A stretch of 64,000 nucleotides of DNA from Octopus sinensis (lineage: Eukaryota), in assembly GCF_006345805.1 (NCBI RefSeq), contig NC_043006.1, positions 45,322,001 through 45,386,000 on the forward strand, written 5' to 3'. Under the pieces are notes generated by a model. It ran no database searches and was not told where the DNA came from. It was given only the letters and a program-made list of their open reading frames with translations. Below, one piece after another: positions 12,272 through 25,550 of the stretch (its first letter is position 1; the number at the start of each line of letters is the position of its first letter). The translations under genes and the position numbers were made by a program.

Positions 12272-12918
12272 AGTGTCTGAAAGACTGAAATATGAATATT
12301 TTGTTCCAAAGAGATCAAATTGCATTGAAGAAAAATTGTGAGAAAATTAGGGGAGGGAGTCAGTTAGTTAACATGCAGTGGAAACCATAAGAGTGGCTTA
12401 CAGTCGCAGGAGTGGCTGTGTGGTGAGTAGCTTGCTTACCAGCCACATGGTTCTGGGTTCAGTTCCACTACGTGGCACCTTGGGCAAGTGTCTTCTACTA
12501 TAGCTTCAGGCCAACCAAAGCCTTGTGAGTGGATATGGTAGATGGAAACTGAAAAAAGCCCCTCATATAAAGATATGTTTGTGTGTGTGTGTATATATGT
12601 TTGTGTGCCTGTGTTTGTCCCCACCCACACATATATATATATGTATACACATATATATATAGACACAGGAGTTGCTTCCAAAACAAACATGGTTCTGGGT
12701 GCTTTTTACATTCCACCAGCACTGGCATTGGCCACACTCGAATTGTGCTTTTTATGTGCCACTGGCAGAGGTGACAGTCAGGTGACACTAGCATTGGCCA
12801 CAACTACATTTCACTTGACTCAACAGGTCTTCTTAAGCACAGCATATTGCCCAACAATTGAAGGGTACTTTGGGGCTGGTTATGCAACACAGGCATCTGC
12901 CATGGCTACAATCTCACT

Positions 12919-12919
<1 letters not shown>

Positions 12920-12999
<80 letters not shown>

Positions 13000-13071
13000 T
13001 ATATACATATATATATACATATACATGTATATATACATATATATATAACATATACATATATATATACATAT

Positions 13072-13118
<47 letters not shown>

Positions 13119-13307
13119 TATATACATATACATATATTATATATATAATATATATATATATACACACATATATATATATACATTATATATATATACATAT
13201 ATATATATATATACATATATATATACATATACATATATATAACATATACATATATATATATATATACATATATATATAATATATATATATACATATATAT
13301 ATTATAT

Positions 13308-13366
<59 letters not shown>

Positions 13367-13370
13367 TATT
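12920..13370. repeat. Long (TA)n/(TACA)n microsatellite complex
   Basis: About 450 bp, almost entirely TA/TACA units. Confidence 0.95.
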
Positions 13371-13567
13371 GTCTGTATCACTAGCGATTTTTTTCCCCTG
13401 TCTTCCCTTCTCGGAATCTTTCCTTCTCCTATGTTTCCGACAAAGAGCTCCGCTCGAAACGTCAAACCCTCCTTCTTCCCTTCTTTCCTGAGCGTCCAAT
13501 AATACTTTATTTGTTCCACGTCCTTGCATTGTTGTTTTTTTGTTTTTGTTTTCTTGTTTGGATTAAC

Positions 13568-13570
<3 letters not shown>
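13370..13570 (+). mobile_element. Penelope-like pseudo-LTR fragment with decayed minimal HHR (13433-13467), flanked by (TA)n
   Basis: GTTT-CCGACAA-A-GAGC TCC GCTC-GAAACGTC-AAAC: stems I, II and III are intact. The core carries two transitions relative to CTGACGA. Confidence 0.65.
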
Positions 13571-13600
<30 letters not shown>

Positions 13601-14069
13601 GGATAAATGCTAAAACGAAATTTGCTTTGGGGTGCAAACCCTGTTTTTCAAGAGGATATTCAAGCAGCAACTCAATGTTGGAGGTGACAGACAGGACAGT
13701 GTTCAGAAAATAATTGAAGAAATGGTAACATGAAAATCGATGACTCTGTTTAAATTATCAGTCTAAGGTACAGACACGGCTGTGTGGTTAAGAAGCTTGC
13801 TTTCAAACTATGTGATTACATGTTCCATCCCACTCCATGGTACGTTGGGCAAGTGTCTTCTGCTATCGTCCAGGACTGACCAAAGCTTTGTGAGTGGATT
13901 TTGCAGACATAAACTGATAGAAGCCTGTTATGTGTGTGTGTTTGTGTGTGTGTGTGTTGTTGTGTCTGGGGAGAGTCATAATACCAATAATATTAACACA
14001 CTCACAGGTTCAGTATCACTTCTGTATTGTTAGTCAATTGGTTAATTATCTAACCAACTAACTAATTAA

Positions 14070-14472
14070 CTCTCTTTTTACTCTTTTACTTGTTTCAGTC
14101 ATTTGACTGCAGCCATGCTGGAGCACCGCCTTTAGTCGAGCAAATCGACCCCAGGACTTATTCTTTGTAAGCCTAGTACTTATTCTATCGGTTTCTTTTG
14201 CCAAACTGCTAAGTTACAGAGATGTAAACACACCAGCACTGATTGTTAAGCAATGCTAGGGGGACAAACACAGACACACAAACATACACACACACATATA
14301 TATATATACAATGGGCTTCTTTCAGTTTCCATCTACCAAATCCACTCACAAGGCTTTGGTCAGCCCGAGGCTATAGTAGAAGACACTTGCCCAAGATGCC
14401 ACACAGTGGGACTGAACCCGGAACCGTGTAGTTGATAAGCAAGCTACTTACCACACAGCCACTCCTCTGCCT
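14070..14472 (-). mobile_element. SINE family A, full length
   Basis: Colinear with 4043-4470. Confidence 0.85.
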
Positions 14473-15552
14473 ATAGTATTAACTGGTATATACTTTATTG
14501 ATTCAAAAGGATAGAAAAGCAAAGATGGCACTGGATAAATTTGAACTCACACACCTGTGGTCTGAGAAACCAAATACTACATATAGAACATTTATTTTAT
14601 TTAGTCTCAGCATCCTACCATTTCTGCCAAGTTTCCACGTCTAATATTAGTAATAATTAATGATGATGGTAATGGGGATGGTGGTGGTGGTGGTGGTGGT
14701 GGTGGTGATGAACTGTAAAAACTAGACCATCTAGAAGTGACTAGCATCTAGAAACAATAATGGCTCATTACAGCTGGTCATCCTTTTGGTCCAAGGTTTG
14801 GACTTGGTTGCTTGGCAATCAAGCAAGCATACAAGAGACGCATTGATAGTAACAATAATAACATTAACAATACTAATACTAATAACGATGACGACAACGA
14901 TGATGATGGTAATGATAATGATGATGATAATAATAATAGTAATAATAATAATAATATAATAATAATAATAATAATAATGATAGTGATAATAATAGTGATA
15001 ATAAATTGAGAGGAGAAGGTGTAGGGGGTTGGAGACAGAAGCTGAGGAGGGAGGCTGATTTCTTAAATAGGCAATGGAGCCTAAGGCAGACAGACGTTTG
15101 CAACTTGTTTGACGAGTTCTCCATGTTTAGATTGGTTGTCTGTTAGTGGCCACGGTGCCAAGTTCTAGAATATTCTCTTTCTATTTTAAAAATGGAACAG
15201 AGATATTTTAAAATGTTGATTGATTTTTAGGTAGAGTTCATTTTTGACTGTCTGATTATTTATTTGATTGTTGATTGTTCTTTTTGTTTATTTCTTTTGT
15301 TTTTGTTTTTGTTTTGTTGTTTTTTTTTTTTCAGCTTCAGGAATTGTTTACATAATTATACAAATATTCCAATCATTTTAGATGAGAGGTTTGATTGTAT
15401 TGGACCAGATGAAGGGGATTTTTGTTGTTTGCTTTTTGAGTTCAATTCCTTGGAGAATTGACCAGGGGAAGTGGGTAGCATATATGTGTGTGTGTGTGGT
15501 TGGTAATCCTATTTATCAGTTTAGTTGTGTTCACAATTATTACCCATTATAT

Positions 15553-15583
<31 letters not shown>

Positions 15584-17309
15584 CTGCTGCTGCAACTGTT
15601 GTTGTTATTGTTGTAGCTCTTTAGTTCCAGGTCCCCTCCGATCAAACAGACCTACACTGAAGGTGTTGCAGGCGTGAAGGTCTTATCTTTTTTTATAAAT
15701 CCAAAATTACATTGTCTCATTTATTCTTCCTTCATTTTTTTGAAAGAGAACCAAAGAGCTGCTATTTCTAACACATCAAGTAAACTGTATGAATGCTCCC
15801 TCATTGCTGTTTACTGCTCAGACCATTGCATTGCTACTACTACTGCTACTACTGCTGCTGCTGCCACTGCAGTTGTTGTTGTTGTTGATGTATAGCCTTG
15901 GTTTAGTTCTCACAGAGCACACCTATGACTAGTAGCTAATTAGTCATAAGGTTAGGTACAGTTTATTCATCCATTCTGAAGACGGTGAAAGCTTGAAAAA
16001 GATTTCACTGCTATTTCTAGCAAGCCAATTACTCATGAAGACAGTCCCATCATCAGCTGGTTTTCTATAGAGGGTGTGTTGTCCTAAGATTTATGACTAA
16101 GTCACCAGTTTTAAAAAGAGTAAGGCACTTGACAAGTAGCCTATATTTTTTGAGGTAAGGTGTTTATATTTATTTCATAAATTAATCAGGAAGATAAGAG
16201 TAATACTCATGACCCTTTCCAGGGTCTCTAAGACTAATGAGAAGGAGTGAGGAGCAAAGTATCCTCAAACCCAATGACCAGGATGTGATGTTAAACTGGG
16301 CAACAGATTAAGGCTGTTAATCCCCTTAGTAGGCCATGGTGAGGTTCAAACTCAGAATGGAGTAACTATATATCTCCCCTAAAGCAAGACACCTGTTGCT
16401 GCCCCTCTTTCATTGATTAATCTCTCATCACCTGGCATAAATCCACTTCTCTCAATATTACTCCTTCCTTCCTCTAAGACAAAGAGTTTTGTCTTGTGAC
16501 CTCACTAGTGCTAGTGCCACATAAAAAGCACCAAGTGTATTCTCTGCAAAACGGTTATAATAAAGAAGGGCATCTAGCGGCCATAGAAACCATGCTAAAG
16601 CAGACGTTCAGTCTTGGTTCAGCCCTGTTGGTTCAGCCCTTTGACTTGTCAGCTCCTGTCAAACCATTGAACCTAAGCCAGCATGGAAAATTTACATTTA
16701 ATGATGATGATAATGATGAACAATGCAAAGAACCAGATGAAATACAAAAATGCTTTTCATCCGATGTTCTATCGATTCTCTCAGCTAACGACTCTAAATT
16801 CATACCTTATTTATCAATCCAGAAGTATGAAAGGCAAAGTTCACCTCTGCAGGAGCCAAAGAAGCTACAAAGCATTTCATCCAAAGTGTTATTGTTTCTG
16901 CTATTTTCCACTGCAATCTATATTTTATCACCATCATAAAAGTGTTAACTCTTTTGTTACCATATTTCTCTTGAAATACTCTGGCTTTGTTTCAATTAAT
17001 TTCAAAATTAATGAAAAATTTAGTGAAGTAACTTTGACATTATTATAAACTGGAATTTGGAATATAGATAACATCAAATCTTGACGGAAGGTTTTAATTT
17101 AGATAACTTTAACACTTCAACTGTCATGGCCTATTACTGGAACATACTGTTGATGCCACAGATTTCCGGCCATATGGCATACTGTTTAATTATAAAGAAA
17201 TATAATCTTTTTCGTATTTTTACAATATTTCATAATTAAACTTTAATATTTAGCACTCATGTTATTTAAATATGCATGCATATACAGCTGCATGTGTGTG
17301 CACATACAC

Positions 17310-17598
17310 ATGAGTACTGTCCAAATCTCCGACCAATCACATACAGCTAGCTGGCATTCAATTGGCATATCAAGTTTCGGGCATTTTGATTGGGTTTTGG
17401 ATAGAAAATTCACAAAAAGTCACTTCTATTGATTTTTTAATGGCTTTGCAAGGTGACTGGGGAAATGTAAAGATGTGCACAACCACCCTTGGATGGTTTT
17501 GAATAACCATAGAAAGTGCGAGTCCTCTAACTGAAAAATTGTGGATTTGTATAAAGGACACACACACAGACATTTTGCCGTCTATACATATAGAGATT
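17310..17598 (-). mobile_element. Possible non-autonomous Helitron 5' portion
   Basis: Minus strand starts a|TCTCTATAT...ctgtgtgtgtgtcc, typical of non-autonomous Helitron 5' ends. No CTAG 3' end was identified. Confidence 0.35.
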
Positions 17599-17700
17599 CT
17601 TGAAATTATTTAAAATATTTTCTCAAATTATGAAAATGTACCACTGGTGGTGCATATGGTGGTTGTATGACATTTGTAATGAACCATTGGTGCTAACATA

Positions 17701-17929
17701 TTAACCCTTTTGTTACTGTATTTATTTTGAGATGCTCTGTGTTTCATTTAATTATTTTAAATATAACAAAGAATTTAGTAAACTAACTTAGTTAACATTA
17801 AGCTAGTGTTAGGAACATAAATTGTGGCTATGGTTTGGTGGAAGATTTTAATTCAAAACTTATGAAAACAAGACATTTGTACTACAGAGCCAGAGCCAGT
17901 TTCAGCCAGGTTGGTAACAAAATGGTTAA
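17701..17929. mobile_element. TTAA-flanked MITE
   Basis: TIRs ttaacccttttgttac / gtaacaaaatggttaa. A homologous copy lies at 63679-63893; related copies lie at 24137-24370 and, partially, at 16945-17120. Confidence 0.7.
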
Positions 17930-19065
17930 GCAAGAAGTTTGTATCATAAAAGACTGGGTGCTCTCTGGAGGGTCGATACTAAAAGGGTTAAGAAAGTGTT
18001 AAGAAGACTGTGAATCACGTAAAATATTAAAATGTAGTGATTGGGTCATGGAACACAATATCATGACAGCCTACTTCTAACAAATATAATTGTGCATGGA
18101 CAAACCATCTGCAAAGAAAGAATAAGATCACAAAAGAGGTGGCTGAGAAACACCAAGGAATGGACAGAGAAGATGGAGGGAAACTTAAAGTTGGTTAATA
18201 ACAGGAAATTATGTTGAAGGAGGAGGTTTTATCTCTTGTTGTTGTCTACCTATGGTATTCCTAGACTATGGATTTTGAATGATTGATTGATTGATTGATT
18301 AATTGATCAATATTTTTAACCACATATTTTTATGTCTTTGTCTGCTACATTACATGTTAATAGTATCAGTCTCTGATAATGTTTAGGAATTGTATATTTA
18401 AATGTATGTAAATACTGGGAAGCTGATAAATATATTAAAGACGGGGTGGATAACTCGAAGAATTTAACTTGCTACTTTAAGGAATTTCTTCTGCTTCTTC
18501 TTCATCTTCATCATCATCTTCATGTTCATCCCCTCCCCCTCATCATCATCAACAACCACAACAACAGCCCTTTAGCACTTAAACTGACCATATCTAGCCA
18601 AAATATCCTATTTGTTTTAGGTTCAAACTGGCCAGACCCAACCTTTCACGATGCAAGTAACATCAGATATACCAATGAACATACACCTGTGTATAATGTA
18701 ATTAATGATTTATTACCTGGCCAAGGTACAACTTGGCTATGTTTCTCTAATGATGCTCTCTCGATGCAAGTTTCAAAATAAACAGTTAGATCATCAAAAT
18801 CTCGAAGCTACAAGATCATATATTATTAATTCTAAATAATCTTTTCTACTATAGGCACAAAGTCTGAAATCTTGGGGAGGGGGACTAGTCAATTACATCA
18901 ACCCCAGTGCGTAACTGGTACTTATTTCCTTGACTCCGAAAAAGATAAAAGGCAATGTTGACCTCAGTGGAATTTGAACTCAGAATGTAAGGACAGATGA
19001 ATTACCACAAAGCATTTTGTGGAAATCTACCAGCTTTCCACCTTAGATTAATTCAAAATAATGTG

Positions 19066-19438
19066 AACAAGAGCACCCAGAGAGCGCAAACCTCCACCAA
19101 GGCAACACCAACGTCCCCTCAACGATTAGCCAGAGATGATTTTTAAAATGAGAATATCTGAAATAAACTTGACTGCTCTCACAAATGAGAATACTAAAAA
19201 TGAACCTGACCACTTTAAAAAATTAAGTAAAAAAAACAGGCAAAATAATCCAGAATCCTTGTCTGGTACCAGATCATTCCCAAAATCTAATCAGTTTGTG
19301 CCAGTCATGTGGCCAAACATACCTGAAAGTTTCATCCAAATTCATCCAATGGTTCTTGAGATATCTTGTCCACAGACAAACAAGCAAACAAACACGACTA
19401 AAAACAATACCTCCACCTTAGCGAAGGCGGAAATAATA
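19066..19438 (-). mobile_element. Helentron-associated / DINE-like non-autonomous element
   Basis: Sub-terminal repeats cctccaccaaggc / cctccacc...aaggcgga, a gtttgtttgtctgt microsatellite-like block and a gatatctcaagaacc motif. A second copy lies at 55296-55665. Confidence 0.5.
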
Positions 19439-19933
19439 AATAAGCACTACAGGATCTGGTGAACCACAGAGTTGTATCAAGCATCATTGTCAGCTTTGAC
19501 ATGTTTTCTATAGTGGGAGGCTCTTCCTAATGCCAATCATTTTACTGTGTGTACTGGGTGCTTTTTCCATCGCCCTGGAACTATTGAAGTTGCCAAGTAA
19601 CTTGCAAGACAGAAAAAGAACAAGGAAACCCCCTACTTGACAAAGTGGTGGTGGTGGGGGGAGAATATTTAAGAAAGGGAAGTGGCTTTACGCCAGGTGT
19701 TGAAAGGCTAAAATATGAGAGAGAGCCGAGTACAAGTGTCTTGCTACGGATGAGATACATGGCTAACCCCTTATTATATAAAGGTGAGTGTGTGAAGCTG
19801 GGAAGATAAAGATGATAGTGACAGGGTACCAGAGCAAACTCTTAATGTATATTGTACTAGATATAGCACAATATATATTTTATATATATATATATATATA
19901 CATATATACATATACATATATATATACATACAT

Positions 19934-19977
<44 letters not shown>

Positions 19978-19978
<1 letters not shown>

Positions 19979-20194
19979 TGTAGGGTGCTGAAAGGTTCCT
20001 GGCTTTAAGGGTATCATGAAAGGCCTGGCTGGAGGCCCAACCTTCAGGGTTCTTTCATAGAGCTTAGAAAAACTGAAGGACTGCTGCAATAAGTGTGTGA
20101 ATCTGAGAGGGGAATATGTTGATTAAAATCATAATTAACCGATCCTCCTGTATTTTCTTTTACCAAAAGCCAGGAACTTTTCAGCACCCCCTTA
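19978..20194 (+). mobile_element. Mariner-derived MITE
   Basis: TIRs gggtgctgaaaggttcctggc / gccaggaacttttcagcaccc. The interior encodes a transposase-like C-terminus (NKCVNLRGEYVD*). Other copies lie at 60480-60677 and 38968-39245. Confidence 0.7.
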
Positions 20195-20197
20195 CAT

Positions 20198-20603
20198 ACT
20201 CTTTACTCTCTATTTACTCTTTTACTAAATTCAGTCATTTGATAGCAGCCATGTTGGAGCACCGCCTTTAGTCGAGCAAATCGACCCCAGGACATATTCT
20301 TTGGAAGCCTAGTACTTATTCTATCAGTCTCTTTTGCTGAACCGCTAAGTTACAGGGACGTAAACATACCACCATGTTGGGGGACAAACAAAGAGACACA
20401 AACATATACACACACATACATTTATATATACATATATATGACGGGCTTTTTTCAGTTTCCGTCTACCAAATCCACTCACAAGGCTTTAGTCGGCCCGAGG
20501 CTATAATAGAAGACACTTGCCCAAGGTGCAACACAGTGGGAATGAACCCAGAACCATGTGGTTGGTAAGCAAGCTACTTACCACACAGCCACTCCTGCGC
20601 CTA
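20198..20603 (-). mobile_element. SINE family A, full length
   Basis: Colinear with the other family A copies. Confidence 0.85.
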
Positions 20604-21309
20604 CGTATATCTTGGTCAGCCTTCCTAGCCGACATAGTGGTATCAGTCAAAAGCTACCATAATGCAAGGAAGCATGTTGTGACCAACAGTATGTAACAAT
20701 ATCTGATAGTCAGGTCAATACAATGACACAGTGGCATGTGCGTCTATGTGTGTGAGGGTGTGTGTGCATGTATATGTTTATGTGTGTGAGGGTATGTGTG
20801 TGTGTATGTATTTATGTGTATGAGGGTATGTGGCATGTATGTGTTTATGTGTGCGAGGGTGTGCATGGGTGCATGCGTGCATGTGTATGTGTGTGTGTGT
20901 TTGTGTGTGGGGGGGTGAGAGAGAGAGAGGGTATGGGGCCTTGTTCCCACCTTAACCACCTCCATCATTATCTATGCTCAATTTTAAGTTTTCGAATCAA
21001 AACAGCTTACTATCATCTTCAAGCCAAAGTGGAAATCTAACTATTGCCAATACAGTTAACATTTCTACGCAACTCTTTCTGCAACTGTCGCAGACTTACA
21101 GAGCAAAATTGTGTTCAAAGAGCAATGTCACTCTAGGCAACCTGCCAGCTATGTCACTGTCTCTCTCTCTCTCTTGTGCATTAACTCATTATTATGAAGA
21201 CACAGTATTGAATTTTTACAAACTCTTATTCTATAGCCTGGACAAAACCACTTAATTTATTTGCCATTTAAATAAGCATTATCTTTTTATTTTGTTTTAT
21301 ATTTTTTCA

Positions 21310-21582
21310 ACTGAATTCACTCACAGCCTTTGCAGACTCTCCAAGACTAGTGAGATTGAAGCCATTAATGTTGCAAGTTGACATCTGCAAGAAAGAAATG
21401 AGAAGAGAAGAGATTCTAGAAGGATGCTGTTGCAAGGAGGAATGACTGAGTATAATATATAGTGCAGGTGTCGAAGTGACACAAAATCAACCAGTTCTGA
21501 GGAACTGAGGCCATTATAGTAGTTGAATAAAATGTAGAGAGTGAGGAGACAACCTGTTGGTTGGCCAGAGGCTAGAGTATAT
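21310..21582 (-). mobile_element. CR1/L2-group LINE 3' fragment
   Basis: Minus-strand translation LYILFNYYNGLSSSELVDFV...FLADVNLQH resembles the LFYRYY.G.CSSEL...FP..YNLQ.FK C-terminus of this group. Confidence 0.5.
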
Positions 21583-21584
<2 letters not shown>

Positions 21585-21615
<31 letters not shown>

Positions 21616-21830
21616 GTTTAACGTCCGCTTTCCATGCTAGCATGGGTTGGACGGTTCAACTGGGGTCTGGGAAGCCCGAAGGCTGCACCAGGCGCAGTCA
21701 AATCTGGCAGTGTTTCTACAGCTGGATGCCCTTCCTAACACCAACCACTCCGTGAGTGTAGTGGGTGCTTTTTACGTGCCACCGACACAGGTGCCAGGCG
21801 AGGCTGGCAAACGGCCACGCTCGGATGGTG
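21585..21830 (-). mobile_element. 5'-truncated RTE LINE 3' end with (GAT)n tail
   Basis: Matches the 3' end of the RTE element at 58925-59160. Similar stubs lie at ~1170-1480, 9905-10260, 16480-16720, 25610-25845, 26140-26460, 28634-28840, 32375-32570 and 41065-41210. Confidence 0.8.
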
Positions 21831-22800
21831 CAATCACTCAAGTTGTTTTTCTCTGGATGTTTTTCTATGCTATTTGTGTAACAGAAGCACCACTGTCCCA
21901 AATGTGGGAGTGATACACTAATATGGGTTCCAATCAAGCTTTGTAGAATGTCAATAACTGTTGAGGACTTTGGTGTTTAAGCATTTTGATGCCAATCCAT
22001 CTGAAACTACTTCTGGTTCTATGATACAAAACTTTGTTTTAAAGTATTTGTATTTAGATTAAAACCTTCCACCTTACATCAGAAATATATGTATTTTATC
22101 TTTTATCTTTTATTTGTTTTGATCATTTAACTACAGCCATACTAGGGCACTGCCTTGAATAATTTTTAGTCAAATGCATCAATACCAGTACCTACTTCTT
22201 CAAAGCCTGGTACTAATTCTATTGGCCTCTGTTGCCAAACTGCTAAGTTACAGGGACATAAACACACCAGCACCAGTTGTCAAGCAGTGGTGGGGGACAA
22301 ACACAGACATAAACACAAACACACACACACACACACACATTTATGTACAATGGGCTTCTTTCAGTTTCTATTTACCAAATCTCTTTGGTAAAAAGGCTTT
22401 GGTCAGCTCAGAGCTATAGTAGAAAACACTTACCCTAGGTACCACACAGTAGAATTGAAATGAGAACCATGTGGCTGACTTTAGTATTGGTGCCACAAAG
22501 AAATACACTCAATCCATGAGTTTGTGAAGCAAAAACATATGGTAGGACTGAACTGGGGACCATGTGGCTGGGAAGGAAGCTTCTTACCACCCAGCCATAC
22601 CTATGCCTATAAGAATCTTTTTGTTAAGTTATGTTCCAAACAATAGCATAACAGTGACAAAGTTATTTTACTAAAACCTTGGAAATTTATGATTATTTTC
22701 AGAATCAACTGAAACATGAAGCATATAAACAGAGTATTTTCATTTGAAATATGGTTAAGAAATACATTCAGTCCATGAGTTTGTGAAACAAAAACATGTG

Positions 22801-23232
22801 GTAGGCGTAGGAGTGGCTGTGTGGTAAGTAGTTTGCTTATGAACCACATGGTTCCGGGTTCAGTCCCACTGCATGGCACCTTGGGCAAGTGTCTTCTACT
22901 ATAGCCTTGGGCCTACCAAAGCCTTGTGAGTGGATTTGGTAGACGGAAACTGAAAGAAACCCGTCGTATATATGTATATATATATGTGTATGTGTGTATA
23001 TATGTTTGTGTATCTGTGTTTGTCCCCCCAACATCGCTTGACAACCGATGCTGGTGTGTTTATGTCCCTATAACTTAGCAGTTCGGCAAAAAGAGACCAA
23101 TAGAATAAGTACTAGGCTTACGAAGAATAAGTCCTGGGGTCGATTTGCTCAACTAAAGGCAGTGCTCCAGCATGGCTACAGTCAAATGACTGAAAGAAGT
23201 AAAAGAGTAAAGAGTAAGAGTAAAAGAGTAAG
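22801..23232 (+). mobile_element. SINE family A, full length, + strand
   Basis: Head ggagtggctgtgtggtaag...ggttcagtcc, CORE-like block, and tail gtaaaagagtaaagag. Confidence 0.88.
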
Positions 23233-24136
23233 AAAGAATTGTTATTATCACCTTCATTCTTTTTTTTTTAATATTAAAAGTGTTTAGTGTTTTTTTTTCA
23301 GGGTCCTTTGACAATTCTTCTGGAGACTATTCAATGATAAACCAAACATCTTGAATGAGAAATTTATAATTATGTCTAATTTGGAAATCTGACATTCAAT
23401 ACACCAAAGAAAACTGGCAGAGTGATAAATGATCATTATTGAGTAATTATTTCAACTTTATGGATTCTTTACTAAACAAATCATTGATTCAGAATTGTCT
23501 GACAGTATTTTGATATGTAAATTTCAACATTTTTATGGAACACTTTCTTTACACAAACGTATAATGTAATTAGATTCCACCCCAACATCCTTTAATGAAT
23601 ACTCTACCTCCTCCTTCACTCATTTTTATTTCCCTAGTTTTCTTGTCTATATTTGAGGTGTATGCAGAAGGTACCTCATCAGATATGAATATACTCCCAT
23701 ACACTCTGCCTAAACTCCTCTGATAGAAATTTGATATCAACATCTAATAATTTCCTCTCACCCTTTAACCATTTCTTACTATCCATCTCACTCCCACCCA
23801 AACTGCTCAAGTACTGGGGCCATGGCAAAATGCACCCAATGTATTCAATTAACTTTGGGTCAAAGAGGCCCTTTTGGTCTCGTCAGAGACATGACAGTCG
23901 CTTTAGTATTGGTACCACAAAGAAATACACCCAGTCCATGAGTTTGTGAAGCAAAAACAATTTATACTTGATAAGAGAGAAGACAAAGAAAAGACAGACT
24001 AGTGAAATGTCTGATTATAAAACTCGAAATCAAATGGAACAAAATGAACTGTTTCTGTGATTTAACTGAGAAAAAAAATTTTTTTCTTATATGAGATTAA
24101 ATGAAGGACTTTTGAAATTCTTGGATGGAAAGTGGA

Positions 24137-24370
24137 TTAACCCCTTTGACACCAATCCACCTGAGACCAGCAATGGTTCTATAATACAAATTTCTTGTTT
24201 TAAAATGGTCTAAATTAAAACCTTCTGCCAAATTTTCATGCTAATTTGTATTCAAAACACTGACTTGACTAAATAATGACAAAACCGTTTTTATCAATTC
24301 TTCATTATTTTCAAAGCAAATTGAAACAAAGGCAGTGTATTTCAACAGAATATGGTAACAAAAGAGTTAA
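24137..24370. mobile_element. TTAA-flanked MITE
   Basis: Termini ttaacccctttgac / gtaacaaaagagttaa. Confidence 0.6.
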
Positions 24371-25139
24371 TTTGCTCTTTGTCATGAGGAAAAGAAAAAT
24401 TGCTAATGTTTTCAGTGAAATTTTTCATTGGAGAGAGTTGTTTTCTGATGATTTTAGTGAATAGATTGTGAGCAGTGAGAGAAAGAAAGGGAAGGAGAGA
24501 GAGAGAAGAGTGAAGAATAATGAAGAGGAAGTGAATGAAATGATGAAGAATATGAGAAAGAGGGGAATATTATAAGGTGAAACTCATGTGAGTGGGGGAG
24601 GGGAGTAGCAGCCATGGCTAGGAGATAATCAAGAAGAACACTTGCAATTTTAAAAACAGGAAAAGGAAGGGTAAAGATCAGAAGGGAAGACAACTAGAAT
24701 GTAATCATTAGGAACTTTGACAAATTTGAAAAAAACAGAAAATGAAAGAATGACAAGTTTTAAAAGTGGGAAGGGGAACTGTAAAAGTAAGGAGGAGGGA
24801 AGAAAAAGTATACAGGGATTACGAAACTGCAAACAGAGTAAGCTGTCAAAGTGAATGAGAATGAGAAGCTTTTTTTTAAATATTTGCAAGTAAAGAAGTT
24901 CGCAGAGTAAAGATCAGATGCCTTTTCTCTATGGCTGGCAGATGGAGGAGGATTTGCTCTGATATCCCATCACCACCATCTTTTCTTCATCCTTGCTACT
25001 GCCACTCACCTTCATACAATATGGGGTAACCATGTATCTTATCTGTAGCAGGACACATGCGCTTGTTCCTCTATCATACCTTAACCTCTTGACACCTGGC
25101 ATAAAGTCATCTCCTTCTCTCAAATATTCACCTCCCCCA

Positions 25140-25550
25140 CGTATATTCTTTTCTACTCTAGGCACAAGGCCAGAAATTTTGGGGGAGGGCGGTCAGTCAA
25201 TTAGATCGACCCCCAGTATGTAACTGGTACTTAATTTATTGACCCTGAAAGGATGAAAGGCAAAGTCAACCTCAGCAGAATTTGAACTCAGAACATAAAG
25301 ACAAATGAAATACCGCTAAACATTTTGCCCAGTGTGCTAACGTTTCTGCCAGCACAAGGTCGGAAATTTTGGGGGAAGGTGCCAGTTGATTAGATCGACC
25401 CCAGTATGTAACTGGTACTTTAATTTATCGACCCCAAAAGGATGAAAGGCAAAGTCGACCCCGGCAGAATTTGAACTCAGAACATAGACAGATGAAATAC
25501 CACTAAACATTTTGCCCGGTGTGCTAACGTTTCTGCCAGCTTGCCGCCTT
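25140..25550 (-). mobile_element. Two tandem SINE family B copies
   Basis: The block ttagatcgaccccagtatgtaactggtact...gaatttgaactcagaacata occurs twice. Confidence 0.75.

Noticed and set aside
18075-18130. Strong minus-strand acceptor (cttattctttctttgcag) near 18109
   Set aside because: The downstream frames close quickly or yield only a short unrecognisable peptide, so an exon cannot be supported.
23845-23895. Minus-strand CTGACGA followed by a partial hairpin (possible HHR)
   Set aside because: There is no GAAA after the hairpin, stem II is weak and no stem I/III partner exists.
22480-23958. ~55-bp motif (aagaaatacac.cagtccatgagtttgtgaagcaaaaaca) occurring three times
   Set aside because: Most simply explained as RTE-stub fragments or a small local duplication; no structure or function is evident.
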